From: Salisapilia sapeloensis CBS 127946
Lineage: Eukaryota > Protista > Oomycota
Length of the DNA: 64,000 nt
NCBI GenBank assembly: GCA_023334545.1
Contig: JAADVB010000063.1
Location: 1-64,000, forward strand
Reading direction: 5' to 3'
The notes below the pieces were generated by a model. The model worked only from the letters and a program-made list of their open reading frames with translations, was not told where the DNA came from and did no database searches. Below are positions 23,501-33,541 of this stretch, in pieces. How positions within the stretch are numbered: the first letter of the stretch is position 1; every line of letters begins with the position of its first letter. Both the position numbers and the translations under genes were made by a program.

Positions 23501-23716
23501 CTAGGTTTCGTCTTGCGAAGTATCTCGGTGACTAAAGCACCGAGCTGGATGGCTTTCTGTCGTGAAGCCGAGGTCGTGGAACCAGAGCAATCACCAACGT
23601 CCGGGCATTATCAACAGCTATGGGTGCGCGGATTCTCTCGACTCCGGACACAAATTCGTGTCGTCAAGGCCTTCCAGAGTGGATTGCAAAAGCAGCCGTT
23701 GCTGACGAATGTGTAA
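20525..23716 (+). CDS. P-type IIB Ca2+-ATPase (PMCA type); intronless
   Basis: DESAMTGESD (actuator), LAIPEGLPLAV, phosphorylation motif CSDKTGTLT, KGATE, MVTGDN, VTGDGTNDAPAL, QMLWVNLIMD and a C-terminal calmodulin-binding segment. First plausible ATG is 20525; the track start 20489 is TTG. Confidence 0.95.
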   Translation: MSNFKLHASDLIRLVETPHEKAGEQVSSLGGVQGVGEKLGVDIYQGLDNNNSEDLKLRENAFGKNYVAPPKSKGFFGLMWDAFQDITMIILAVSGAISIILAVAVGDDPETGWIEGACIEVAVLVVTVVTAANDYQKEKQFSVLNEVKEDEKIKVIRNGEPCEVSKFNLMVGDIVRVDLGDIIPADGIVFDQKEMKMDESAMTGESDLLTKNEDNPFLLSGTKVMEGLGKMLVVAVGENSQAGIIKKLINGKKGESKDTDKKPEGNDATNEDDVYVEMETPRASKSQKNEAEYGDDEGASESPLEGKLYRLTVLIGKLGTVAGLLVFIVMCLRFSIEKFAIDGEDWKGAYFNDYLDFFILAITVLVLAIPEGLPLAVTIALAYSVKKMLRDNNLVRHLDACETMGSATSICSDKTGTLTTNRMTVMRTWLGDQEYTSAEDVRQAMSEHTKDAFLHGVALNSTAEILPPRSDGAQPEHTGNKTECALLQFSRDCGVDYSQVRKEIEVGHMLTFSSAKKRMSVVVKNQDGSSRIYTKGATEVVLGLCQNVQTADGTISALDDGRRKEIGTTVIETFATQGFRTLCLAYRDVDMPAEELYNWSDEEIEKELTCVAIVGIEDPVRTEVPDSIEKCKQAGITVRMVTGDNIMTARSIALKCGIITPGDGALVMEGTEFRSRVLDASGNVNQTEFDKIWPMLRVLARSSPKDKYTLVSGLMQTSLVPHGPQVVAVTGDGTNDAPALKRANVGFAMGISGTAVAKDASDIILMDDNFTSIVSAIKWGRNVYDSVSKFLQFQLTVNIVAVSLAFLGAVILDQSPLTPVQMLWVNLIMDSFASLALATEEPTMALLDRKPIPKTQPLVSKKMSKHIIGQSILQLVILLVLSFKGHVIFNVPSGLYSDVDEEDRDDPTKHMTIVFNTFVWMQLFNEINCRRIHDEKNVFDRIWQNKMFLYICALQVIMQVIIIQFTGRVFSVAPLDVGEWFVCIGLGFLAWPLGFVLRSISVTKAPSWMAFCREAEVVEPEQSPTSGHYQQLWVRGFSRLRTQIRVVKAFQSGLQKQPLLTNV

Positions 23717-23841
23717 GTAGTAGATATGGAGTGAGTAGGATGGAACTACTTGCGTCTAAGTTACGTGAACACGAGGTATGGATATGCATTGCCAACGTTT
23801 CTTTGTCTCGATCGTTTCTTCTTTCGTTTGGCATTAAAACG

Positions 23842-25544
23842 ATGGCGAGTGACACCACATCGAAAGTTGCGAGAAAGGAGAGATTGCGACTTGTCTTGCT
23901 TGTGCTCAGTCTTGTGGGAGTAGCTGCGTTCTGGTATATGACAAGGGTACATAAGATGACATCGGAGACTTTGGATGCCGATGTGACGATCGTAGGAGCT
24001 GGGCTTGCAGGTAGCGGAGATTTATATCTTTGGAAGGAAAGGTCGTGATGGAGCGGATGTAGGCTTGACGGCGGGGTTGGAGACTGCTGCACAGGATCCT
24101 GGTCTGCGGATTGTGATCGTTGAGAAGGAGATGAAAGTAGGTGGGAACTCGGCTAAAGCGTCGTCTGGTATCAACGCTGCGATATCTGATGATGATGAGC
24201 ATGTCTTTGAGCAAGACACGTTGCGTTCAGGAGGAGGTCTATCCGTTGAAAATCTCGTCCAAGTCTTTGTTCAAAAGGTCCGTTCGTCTTTTGCTTACTT
24301 GTTTATTGATCTGATCATTCCCATGTGATGTACAGAGCCCTTCCGGACTCGAATTCCTCCAGCAGCACGGTGTCGATTTGTCAGTCAAGACACAACTTGG
24401 AGGCCACTCGGCCAAGCGTACGCATCGAAACAAGAACGGTCCGAATGTCGGCTTTGCCATTGTCAGTGCTCTGCATGATAAAGTCAAGACGACGCGGAAC
24501 ATCCAGGTGCTTAATGGATACGTGGCGAAGCACTTGTTCTTTACAGATACCAATGGAAAGACGACGGATAGCAAGCATGGTCGTCTCTCTTCGGTAGAAA
24601 TAGTTGATTCGAGTGGAGTGCATGTGACTATAAACACCAAGGCTGTCATCTTAGCGACTGGAGGCTACTCGGCGAGCAGCAAGATGCTGAAGCAATATGC
24701 ACCTCATCTCACTGGATTTCCAACCACGAATGGAGCCTGGGCACAAGGTGAAGGCATCAACTTGGCAAAAGAAATTGGTGCGAACCTTGTGCTCATGGAC
24801 AAAGTGCAGCTGCATCCGACAGGTTTTGTAAACCCCAAGGATCGAGATGCTCAGCAAAGGTTTTTGGCACCGGAAGCGATTCGAGGTGCCGGCGCCGTGC
24901 TTTTCAATGAAAAAGGAAAACGATTTGTCAGTGAGTTGGCGACGAGAGATGTCGTGTCGAATGCCATGCTTGAGCAAGAGATGAAAGGAGCGTACATGTG
25001 GCTATTTGCTGGTGCGTCGGAGCTCCAATCGTCACTTGGTTTCTACCAGCACATGGGGCTCGTGACGTCCGTGCGATCGGTGAAAGAGGCAGCAGAATAC
25101 TGTGGTTTCGATCCTGCCATTGTGATGGATGAATTAAATGCATACGCCGCTGCCTCTCAAGGTGAGATAGAGGATCCATTTGGTAAATCTATCTTCCCAT
25201 ATCCCTTACAAAAGACCTCGAGCGTTGATGAAGATTTGGAAATCTTTGTCATGGAAGTTTCTCCAGTGGTGCATTATTGCATGGGTGGGCATATATATTA
25301 ATGCTGTCCATATAATAGAGTCTAATGTGGAGCTCTACGTGTAGGTGGCATTGAGATTGATGAGTCAGCGCGGGTCTTGCGTCCGGAAAAGTCGATCATT
25401 CCGAATGTCTATGCAACTGGAGAAGTGAGTGGTGGTTTGCATGGAGCAAATCGACTCGGTGGTAACTCACTTGCGGAGTGTGTCGTCTTTGGACGGATTG
25501 CAGCTCAGGAGGCTATACAACAGATTTACAATGGAAAAGTGTAA
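23842..25544 (+). CDS. FAD-dependent soluble-type fumarate reductase (flavocytochrome c/Osm1-like) with N-terminal signal/anchor; 4 exons
   Basis: VTIVGAGLAG|LTAGLE...EKEMKVGGNSAKASSGINA; VILATGGY; GEGINLA; VQLHPTG; PEAIRGAG; VHYCMGG|IEID...GEVSGGLHGANRLGGNSLAECVVFG. The catalytic His/Glu-Arg/His/Arg positions are intact. Confidence 0.9.
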
Positions 25545-25681
25545 AAGCTTAAGGCGGCAGAGTACGGATGAGAGAGCTTTAACGTGACGAATGAATGGAA
25601 GACATTTTTAGCTTTAGCTTTCGTTGCATTCGTTTCAGTTTGTACCAAGGAGACACACTACTGACGTTTTGCTTGCACGAA

Positions 25682-28349
25682 ATGTCTGAAAATGAATCTC
25701 CATTTGATTGTAGTGGTGGAGAGGAGCAAGGCGGCTTATATGTTCTGAGAGTTTCATCACGAAGTAGGATCAATGTATCGCCAACGCATGGAAAGCAATC
25801 TAAAAGAGAAGTGGATGGGAAGCACAAACAGAGACAGAAGTATGTCCCGAAAGCGTCAAAAGACCAAGTTTCTAGTCACTCACATCGATCACGTCGACAG
25901 GAAAGCTATACCAAGGACCTAGTGGATACAGAGAGGAGTGGATCTCGATACGACGGTCATGTTCAAATGAGCTTATGCAGTGACGAAGAGTCCAATGAAT
26001 CGGTTAGAGAGGAGTCATCATATAAAGACAATAATCGTGAAAGCGATCGCAGCAGTGAGCGTGTTGTTCCGAAAAAGCGATATGAATACTCAAAACGAGA
26101 AGCTCAACAGTATGATAACAATTCCTCATCATCTTCACTGGCAGATAATGCTGATGAGATGAGGCACCCACAAAAGGTTCGGCCAATACATACAGGGGTA
26201 ACCTCTACCTATGAGCAAGATGGAGATAGTGACTACGAACCACCAAGCTATCGACGAGATCCAAGTAAAAATCAAAAGCCATCAAACCCTCGACGGTATC
26301 ATCGCTATGACGAAACAAAGGTCGGCAAGAGCGGTTCTAGAAAGAATCATGATCATATTGCTAAATCTTACGAGTATCGTGATGTGGAACCAGACACGGG
26401 TCGATCGAAACCCTACATGATATCATCGTCACGGTCGGGTTTCCAGTCCTCTCGAGTGCATTCAGCGAGTACAAGTGGTCCAGTGCAGAACAGCCGAGCA
26501 GTCATCTCAGCGATGAAAGCTCTTCAGGATAAAATTCATCGTCTGGAAGAAGACAAAGAGCGCTTGCAGATCGAACTATCCGAAGTGAAAGCTGAGTCTC
26601 GGCAGGTAAGACGAGTGCATTTATATTGAATTTCAACCGCTTATAAAGTATAACACAGCGTGAGGCTGAGTTGACAACTTCCGATAAGAAGTGGTGTGCA
26701 CAATTGCAGCGAACACAGGATTCTGCTCGATCAGCGTATGAGGCACTTCGAGATGAACGTGAAGAACTAAAAATTGAACTGGCAAAGAGCGATGAGAGAA
26801 GACACTCCTTACGAAATGAACTTGAGCACACGAACGCCATGATGAAAACATACTCGACTCAATTGGAGGACATTAAGCAACAACTACAACTTTCCGAGTC
26901 AAAACGAGATCAAGAGTCGAAGGAGACACAGGATACGATCCGAGAACAGAAAATTGCTTTGGAAACGGCGCGGTATGAATTGGGATCCATCCGTGTTGAG
27001 CGGGACAGCTACAAGGATCAATTGGAAGACACCGATGACAAACTACAAGATAAAGCGGAAGAGTGTGAAAATACTCAGCAAAAGCTTCATGAAACTGAGG
27101 TTACCTTCTGCTTCATGTCAATGTAGATAATTTCATTAAAAAGATATGAAATAGAGGGCAGTAGCGTCGATTACCGACGCTAATGAAAGGCTACTTGAGC
27201 GTGTGAAGAAACTAGAAGAACAGCTTCGAGTGAAGAAGACAAAAAAGGAGTTACAAGAAGAGAGTATACGAGCATTATCTCGACCTACTGCTTCAAGCCA
27301 AGCAGCGGTAGTTCCTACTCGGTCAGCGACACCTTGTTCGACGATGAAAAAGAAGAAGCTAAAAAAGAGTAAGAAAGGAGCAAATTCAAGGAAGACTCGA
27401 TTGTCGTCGAGTGGGAATAACATGGATATGCTAAGAGCTGCTAATCTAGGCAAGTAGGTATTTCTCGAGATGTATTGATTTCACTCCATATCTTTAAACT
27501 GTGTACTAGAAATAAACTGTGCGTTTACTTGATATAGGGATATTCCGTTCTATACTGGAGACGCCAACTCATCTTTCTCAATCATTGGAAACGTCCAAAC
27601 TGCACTTCGTAAATGCGATTCTATGCTAGTGTCCCCAACTTCGAAGACAATGACAGAAGTGTTTCCTTCGACTAATGAAGAGGCAAAGGTGCCTCGTTTA
27701 AATGTTGAGTTTAAGCACGAGAAACAAGATGATAAGAGTAAACGTACGTTGGTAAGCGATCGACAGAGTCGAAAAAAAGAACCAAAATGCAAGCGAGCGA
27801 GCACTTCTCCTCTTCACGTTACTATTCCAACATGGAGCGAACCAAATTCCAAATCCGAAACTCAGGTATCTCTTGTTCATATCACTTTAAGGCTTTGGAA
27901 CTAATACTCTATTGTTTAATAGACTCAAATCATGGAAGACTTGGAAATTGCTGTGCAAAACACTGAAGCGGAGCTGGAAGCTCTTCGTAAAAGGTACTTT
28001 GAATTCAAATTCTTGTCTTTTGTGGGTATCTGATAACTTGGAGACTCTTAGATACGACGCGATGGCCAAACATCAACAAAATTCTGCCAGCGATATGAAT
28101 CAGACGAATGCAGATAATGAATTGTATTCTTTGGTCGATGAACTTGAAGCAAAAGCCAAGCAGGTCGAGCTACTAAAAAACATATATGATCGTGCTTCGC
28201 ATATTAAGATGCATCGAACACGCTCTGTTGTCGTCAGTCCAGAGGCCATCCGTAGGAAAACTGCAAGCTTACGGCTACTAAGTGAGTACCGAGAGCTCGA
28301 ACGCCAAGCACAGATTACATCAACGTCAAAACGTGCTATGGAAGGATAG
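25682..28349 (+). CDS. CEP57: CEP57/translokin-like centrosomal coiled-coil protein; multi-exon
   Basis: RAVISAMKALQDKIHRLEEDK (Cep57 centrosome-localisation helix), GDIPFYTGDANSSFSIIGNVQTAL (conserved middle motif) and C-terminal LYSLVDELEAKAKQVELLK (microtubule-binding helix) occur in the expected order. About 270-aa disordered N-terminus. Confidence 0.68.
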
Positions 28350-30063
28350 CTCGAATATTAAATAAATCAGTATTTTCGATACTTCCTTTAATCGTTTACG
28401 AAGTATATATCTGGTTGATGCGAAGATGGACGCTTCATTATACCCAACATAAAGCTGCGCTACTTTACCGATGGAAGTTTTCTCGCACCCGGAGTAGACA
28501 ATTTCCTCCGTATTGACGATTGACTGATGGTAAATGTCATTTGTACAAAGTTTTAAAGCATTTCCTGAGTTTCCGCGATAGCAATTTCTGTGTAGGATCT
28601 TTGAATATCTACTATTTCGATGCAAATGAATGCAGGATATATACTCCAGATGTGACTCGTCATGGTGGTGAAAATGTGAACTAGAGATCAATGATTCGAT
28701 CGAGGATAAAGAGAAGCTTAATTTGGATGTGCTTAGCGAATTATCTTTCATTCGCCTCGCAATGATCAAAGTTACCACCATTGTATTCATCACAAACAAA
28801 ATCCAGCATCTTTCATAAGTGTGCTTTCTTCGCCATGAGGCATTGCTGCCAGCGTTTGAAATCACAAAATATTTGTACTCGGCAAGCTTGTAGGCCGGGT
28901 TCGTGCTGAATCAACCAACTTTGCGTTTACTGAGGATTGTCAATTTGGCTTTATCATTTGCCACAAAGCTGCCTTCATAGCAAATCAATCTAAATTTAGC
29001 ATTAAACCATGTATTTAAAAGGATGTGCGGAATGCTGTATGATGGAGATGACGCTATATATTCCAAAATTAGGTAGCTACTGGTGCTCCACTTTCCATTT
29101 AAACTGCCATCTCCATTTACATGCTCATAGGAACGTGCTCTACGAGGTAATTTCAACATATAGGTGACGTATATCAGAGCAAATGAGCTGAGGATCGACA
29201 TACCCTTTCTACGGTCTGCCTGCTTTGATCAGCATCATATCCCAATAATCGCCATTTCTTCATCGACAAAGTTTTACGTGTTTGCTTAAGTAGTATCGAT
29301 TGCACATAGGAGTATCCCCGATTATGCTCTCAACAAACACGGTCCAAATCCTCTGTCCAGATGATTACAACACCAAGATCATAGCCCATGATCCACAACA
29401 ACGACTACATCTTAGCTCACACCACCGTCATCGTTCATATCTCGAAAGAAAATGACAGGAAAACAAAGCGTCTATACCTTTACGCTTTGCTTCCATAATA
29501 CGCAAAGTGATAGCTTATGAACTATGCCATAGCTCGTATAATACAGCTTTAACCGATGTCAGAAGTAGTGCACCACATCCAGGTTTCTACGTTCGCTCAT
29601 GCTTGCAAACTGCTATGGTACTGTGAAAAGCTGCTAGAGGCCTATACTGTATTCTCTAGTTTGAATAAACCTTCAAAGACTTTCCTAATTCAAGCCAGCA
29701 GCGCTTGCATTTCATATAATATTATCCGTTCTACATTCTTCAATAAAGGAGGGCAAGGACGATTTTTAAGGGGATCAGTACTGAGTATCGTCCTGCATAC
29801 ATATTCGATGTTCTTCCTTGGATCAGTTGTCAAATGCTACCGCAATAAACTTTACAAGAGACATTGCAACCTTCTTACAATAAAACTGAAGAAAATCAAG
29901 TCGCAGCGTGTATGATCTCATGAAACTCATATTCCTCGCTGCTATCTTTGTTTCCAGCACTTTCAAGCACGCCTTGATGTCTGGGTCATCGACCAGGCAT
30001 GCCAAACTTCCAGCTGCTAGATAACGTTCGGCGCATGATTCTTCGATGCGTTGTGAATGGTTA

Positions 30064-30453
30064 CTATGATCGCTTTGAATGGAGTTTTCGTAATCTATCC
30101 CATCTAGCTCTTGAGTTTTTAATGTCCCCGAGGTCTTGTTCATTCGTAGCACTGTCATGAAGTCGTAGAACCTGGTCCACTTCCTTCATAGACGTACCGA
30201 TAAGATCGGAGGCGGGAAGAGCTAGTTCCTGTGGCTGCAGCCTTGCCTTATCAGCATGCTATCGCCCTTTTTGTCGTTCCATAACTTTTGAATGGCGCAA
30301 GGAACTTTCGGCGTATCTGACACTAGCAGACGTGGATGAAAGTAGGGACAAGTTGGCGATATCCTCAGGCGTTGGGTATGCAAACGAAGATCGACTGGAC
30401 ACGACCAGAATAACAGAGAGTCGTGCGTGTATTGGGATCTTGTGGATGCACAT
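30064..30453 (-). pseudogene. Possible disrupted small secreted-protein gene
   Basis: One frame reads ...RLSVILVVSSRSSFAYPTPED...RYAESSLRHSKVMERQKGR*HADKARLQPQEL...WDRLRKLHSKRS**, a signal-peptide-like start with a single in-frame TAG. No family recognised; may be chance. Confidence 0.2.
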
Positions 30454-31015
30454 TGTCTCAATGAGATAGTAGTTACAATGTCAAAGACGACGTGTCCATT
30501 GCTACCGGTTTACATGTTGACGGCAGTGAAGATCTAAATAAAAAGTAATAAAGGCTGCTTCAGAAACTAGAAGCTAAATCCATCTGCTCTGCGGGATACT
30601 TGCTCGATTGTTGGTTGTAAAGCCACCTCCTATCGCTCCTACCAAGCAGCCTCCTCGCCAATGCCAATCTCCACCTCCTTTCCAACCTCGAGTGAGAAGG
30701 TACTCGTCCATCTGAAGATCGTAGATGCGATATGCAACATCGCGGCGACCGTATGCAAGCTCCAACATACAGACGCTCATACAGTTGCGACGAGATCCGA
30801 TACGACCAGCTGATGTACTGGATGAGATGATCAGCCGAGATGCGCAGTATGCCCGCGCTATGTGTACATTGAAGTTCCGGTGTGCGCACCTTCGAGCAAC
30901 CGGCGCGCGCCATTATAGAGCTCCACGTTCGGTTTTCCTCGTTTGCACCACCTTCGTGCGACAATACACTTATTTACCATTTTCTCGGCGAAATCAAAAT
31001 CCGATTTCACAAGGA

Positions 31016-32650
31016 ATGACGCGTCCGACCATGTCCAAGATGGACGGCATGAGTACTAGTGACTACATGGGCGAGCACCACTCTCCGTTTAGCTTCGAGG
31101 CAGTGTCGCCCGACAACGGTAGTGGCAATTCCGATACGGACTCGCTCGACGCCTTCCTCTCGTCCAACGGTGGCGGCCAGTCGATGCTTCTCGGCATGTA
31201 CGCACCGTCCTTTGGTGAGTTTGACTTTGAAGAAACCATGCAGTCGCTCCCGCCATCGAGTGGCAGCTCTCCGTCACCCTCGCCATACCCACATAACACG
31301 CCTCCACCCACGGCATCTGGTCCGTTCCCAGTCTTTAGTTCACAACAAGGATACTACAGCTCGAATGCCCCGATGCAGACGTACGGTGAGCCTTCTCCGA
31401 CGTTCTCGATCGGTAAAGGTCTCGACAGCGTCTCGTTTGACATGAAACGAGAGCCGATGAACACTTCTCCCACGAGTTCTTCGAGTTCAAAAGCCATGAA
31501 CGATGCTGGGAAAGACTCGGAAGAGATTTTGAAAGCTCCTGTGAAAAGTCTGACGGAACATGAAAAGAAACTCCGTCGTCGAGCACAAGTAGCCAAGTCT
31601 GCGAGGAAACATCGGAACCGTCAAAAGGTGCGACCTCTAGCTATTTATATCTCTTTTTTACATGTCATTAACGTTATCGTATAGGAAGAACTGGCTCAAT
31701 TGCGTGAACAAGTGCAGATGCTACAAGATCAAATGGCTCGTATGCACAACTCAAGTCCGAACATGACGGCGGAAACCATTAAGCAGGAGGAAGAAGAGAT
31801 TACGCAGCGCCGGAAGCGAAAGAAGGGATTGGACACTTCTACCGACTATGCGTGTGCCAGTCCGAGCTTGAAGTCGACTGCGGCGGATGAAGACGGGAAC
31901 CTCGGACCACATTGTTACCACCAGCTTCCAGTTGATCCAGCCTCTCGAGCAAGTACAATCCGGAGCATTGCAGACGCCCGTATGGACCGAGCGATTAAAG
32001 CTGTTCGAGCCACCATTGGTCGTCACGATGTGTCGTTCCCGCACATGGACATCAAGTTGAATTCAAACGGTCCAGACTTGGAGATCCAGATCATGCGTGG
32101 TCGCTTCTTGCCTGGTCTGACGCACCAGCAAGTGGGTGACGCGAGTTGGAATACGGTCTTCAGCTTCCTTTTAGACATTCCGAAGAAATTCCAAAAGTAT
32201 TGTCGAGCGGAAAAACTAGTGGAAGTGGATGAGAATACGCGATATGGTCGAACGGTGACACCAATCATGCGCAATAGCGAAACGAAGGAAGTGGTGTACA
32301 TGCACAGCTACTTGATCGTTCGACGTCGCGTGACGGAGAATTATACGTGCTTTACGTGGGAAAGTGTGGCTGCGGATGCCTTGTATCCGTCTGAACCATC
32401 CCGTACGTTACTCATGAACCAAGAAATGGGATGTACGTTGCTCGAGACTGAGTATCTGCCGGATGGAAGTGTCCAGACGTTGTTCCGAGCCATGAACAAT
32501 GCGACGCCACCGGCGAACGCGATTGCGGAACCTCGCGGGAAGATCAACGAAGCTTTCTTGACAACGTTCTGTCGCAGTGCCGAGGTCTTGGAAGCGTCGG
32601 CACGGAATCTGCTGCTGAAGCGACATCCGCACTACCAGCCGAATCTCTAA
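31016..32650 (+). CDS. bZIP transcription factor (Asn->Val) with START-like C-terminal domain; 2 exons
   Basis: 57-nt intron 31628..31684 completes the bZIP: KKLRRRAQVAKSARKHRNRQK|EELAQLREQVQMLQDQM. The C-terminal region (KLVEVDENTRYGR...IVRRRVTENYTCFTWESVAADALYP) is helix-grip-like and paralogous to 39212 and 41237. Confidence 0.8.
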
Positions 32651-33059
32651 TGCCGCCTTTCGGAAGACATTTCGTTGCTTATTCATGTTCGTAGAGAACC
32701 TGTGGGAAGTGTAGCTTTTCATCCAGGTCGTTGGAACCTCGGTGTGAATGTATTTCCAACATGCCCTATTTTCTGTTGTCATCCTTGTGCGTTTATTAAT
32801 GGTGGTCCTTGCTTTTCCTCGTCGAGAACATGGAGCGCATGCGTTTCCTGCAAGGAAGGTTGCGCATTTTTAAAGTGGAAGGTTGCGCGTATTCTGCCAC
32901 ATAACTTGTACATCACCACTCTGGAAGAGGATAAGACGATGAATAATCCGCTGTATCCGTCATGTATCTCTACTTTGCGCTTTCATGAGGTACTTTTATC
33001 TACATTTAATGGCCGTATCAAAGATAGAAGAGGTTGCTGATGCCGAAACGTGCTGGTAG

Positions 33060-33458
33060 ATGATGCAAGATGGTACAATGACGTCGAAAGACCTAAAAGC
33101 ATTGGACAATAGCAGCGCCACGAATTCCTATCAACGCATGCGCTCTTGCGATCATCGTTTCCAGGAACTCATGAAAGGCGTATCAGCTCTCCAGCGAAAG
33201 AAGCAGCCAGAAGAACATCCTGACAGTCTCTACAGCTCCTACCTTGGCTGTATCAGCGAAGCCTTATGTCCTTCGGCCTTGGAGACCTGGACGTCGTGTT
33301 TAAAAGCGCGAGCGGAACGTATACAAGAAGGCATAGAGGTAGAAGACGATGAAGAAGTACCATGCGCCGTGGAAAAGCGCCTACTAGAACGATGTCTTCG
33401 AGGCGAGACGTCTCATCTGCTTCGAGCGTCTCAACCAGAGACGTTCCGTCGGTCCTAG
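33060..33458 (+). CDS. Twin CX9C (CHCH-like) small protein, candidate mitochondrial intermembrane-space protein
   Basis: CPSALETWTSC and CAVEKRLLERC are both exact C-X9-C. Two further Cys (SCDH, LGCI) lie upstream. Single 132-aa ORF. Confidence 0.6.
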   Translation: MMQDGTMTSKDLKALDNSSATNSYQRMRSCDHRFQELMKGVSALQRKKQPEEHPDSLYSSYLGCISEALCPSALETWTSCLKARAERIQEGIEVEDDEEVPCAVEKRLLERCLRGETSHLLRASQPETFRRS

Positions 33459-33541
33459 AATTGGAGTAACGTTGTGGGGTTTTATTGTTTCTCGCCTTCC
33501 TACGCAAAAGTCTCTTGTCATGCTTTTTATTTCTCTCTCCT

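Noticed and set aside
30725-31015. 97-aa in-frame N-terminal extension of the first bZIP gene
   Set aside because: Composition is unlike the downstream protein, and it contains promoter-like sequence (GGCGCGCGCC palindrome 30902-30911, TTATAGAG, CCATTTTC). ATG 31016 is more plausible; 5' RACE would settle it.
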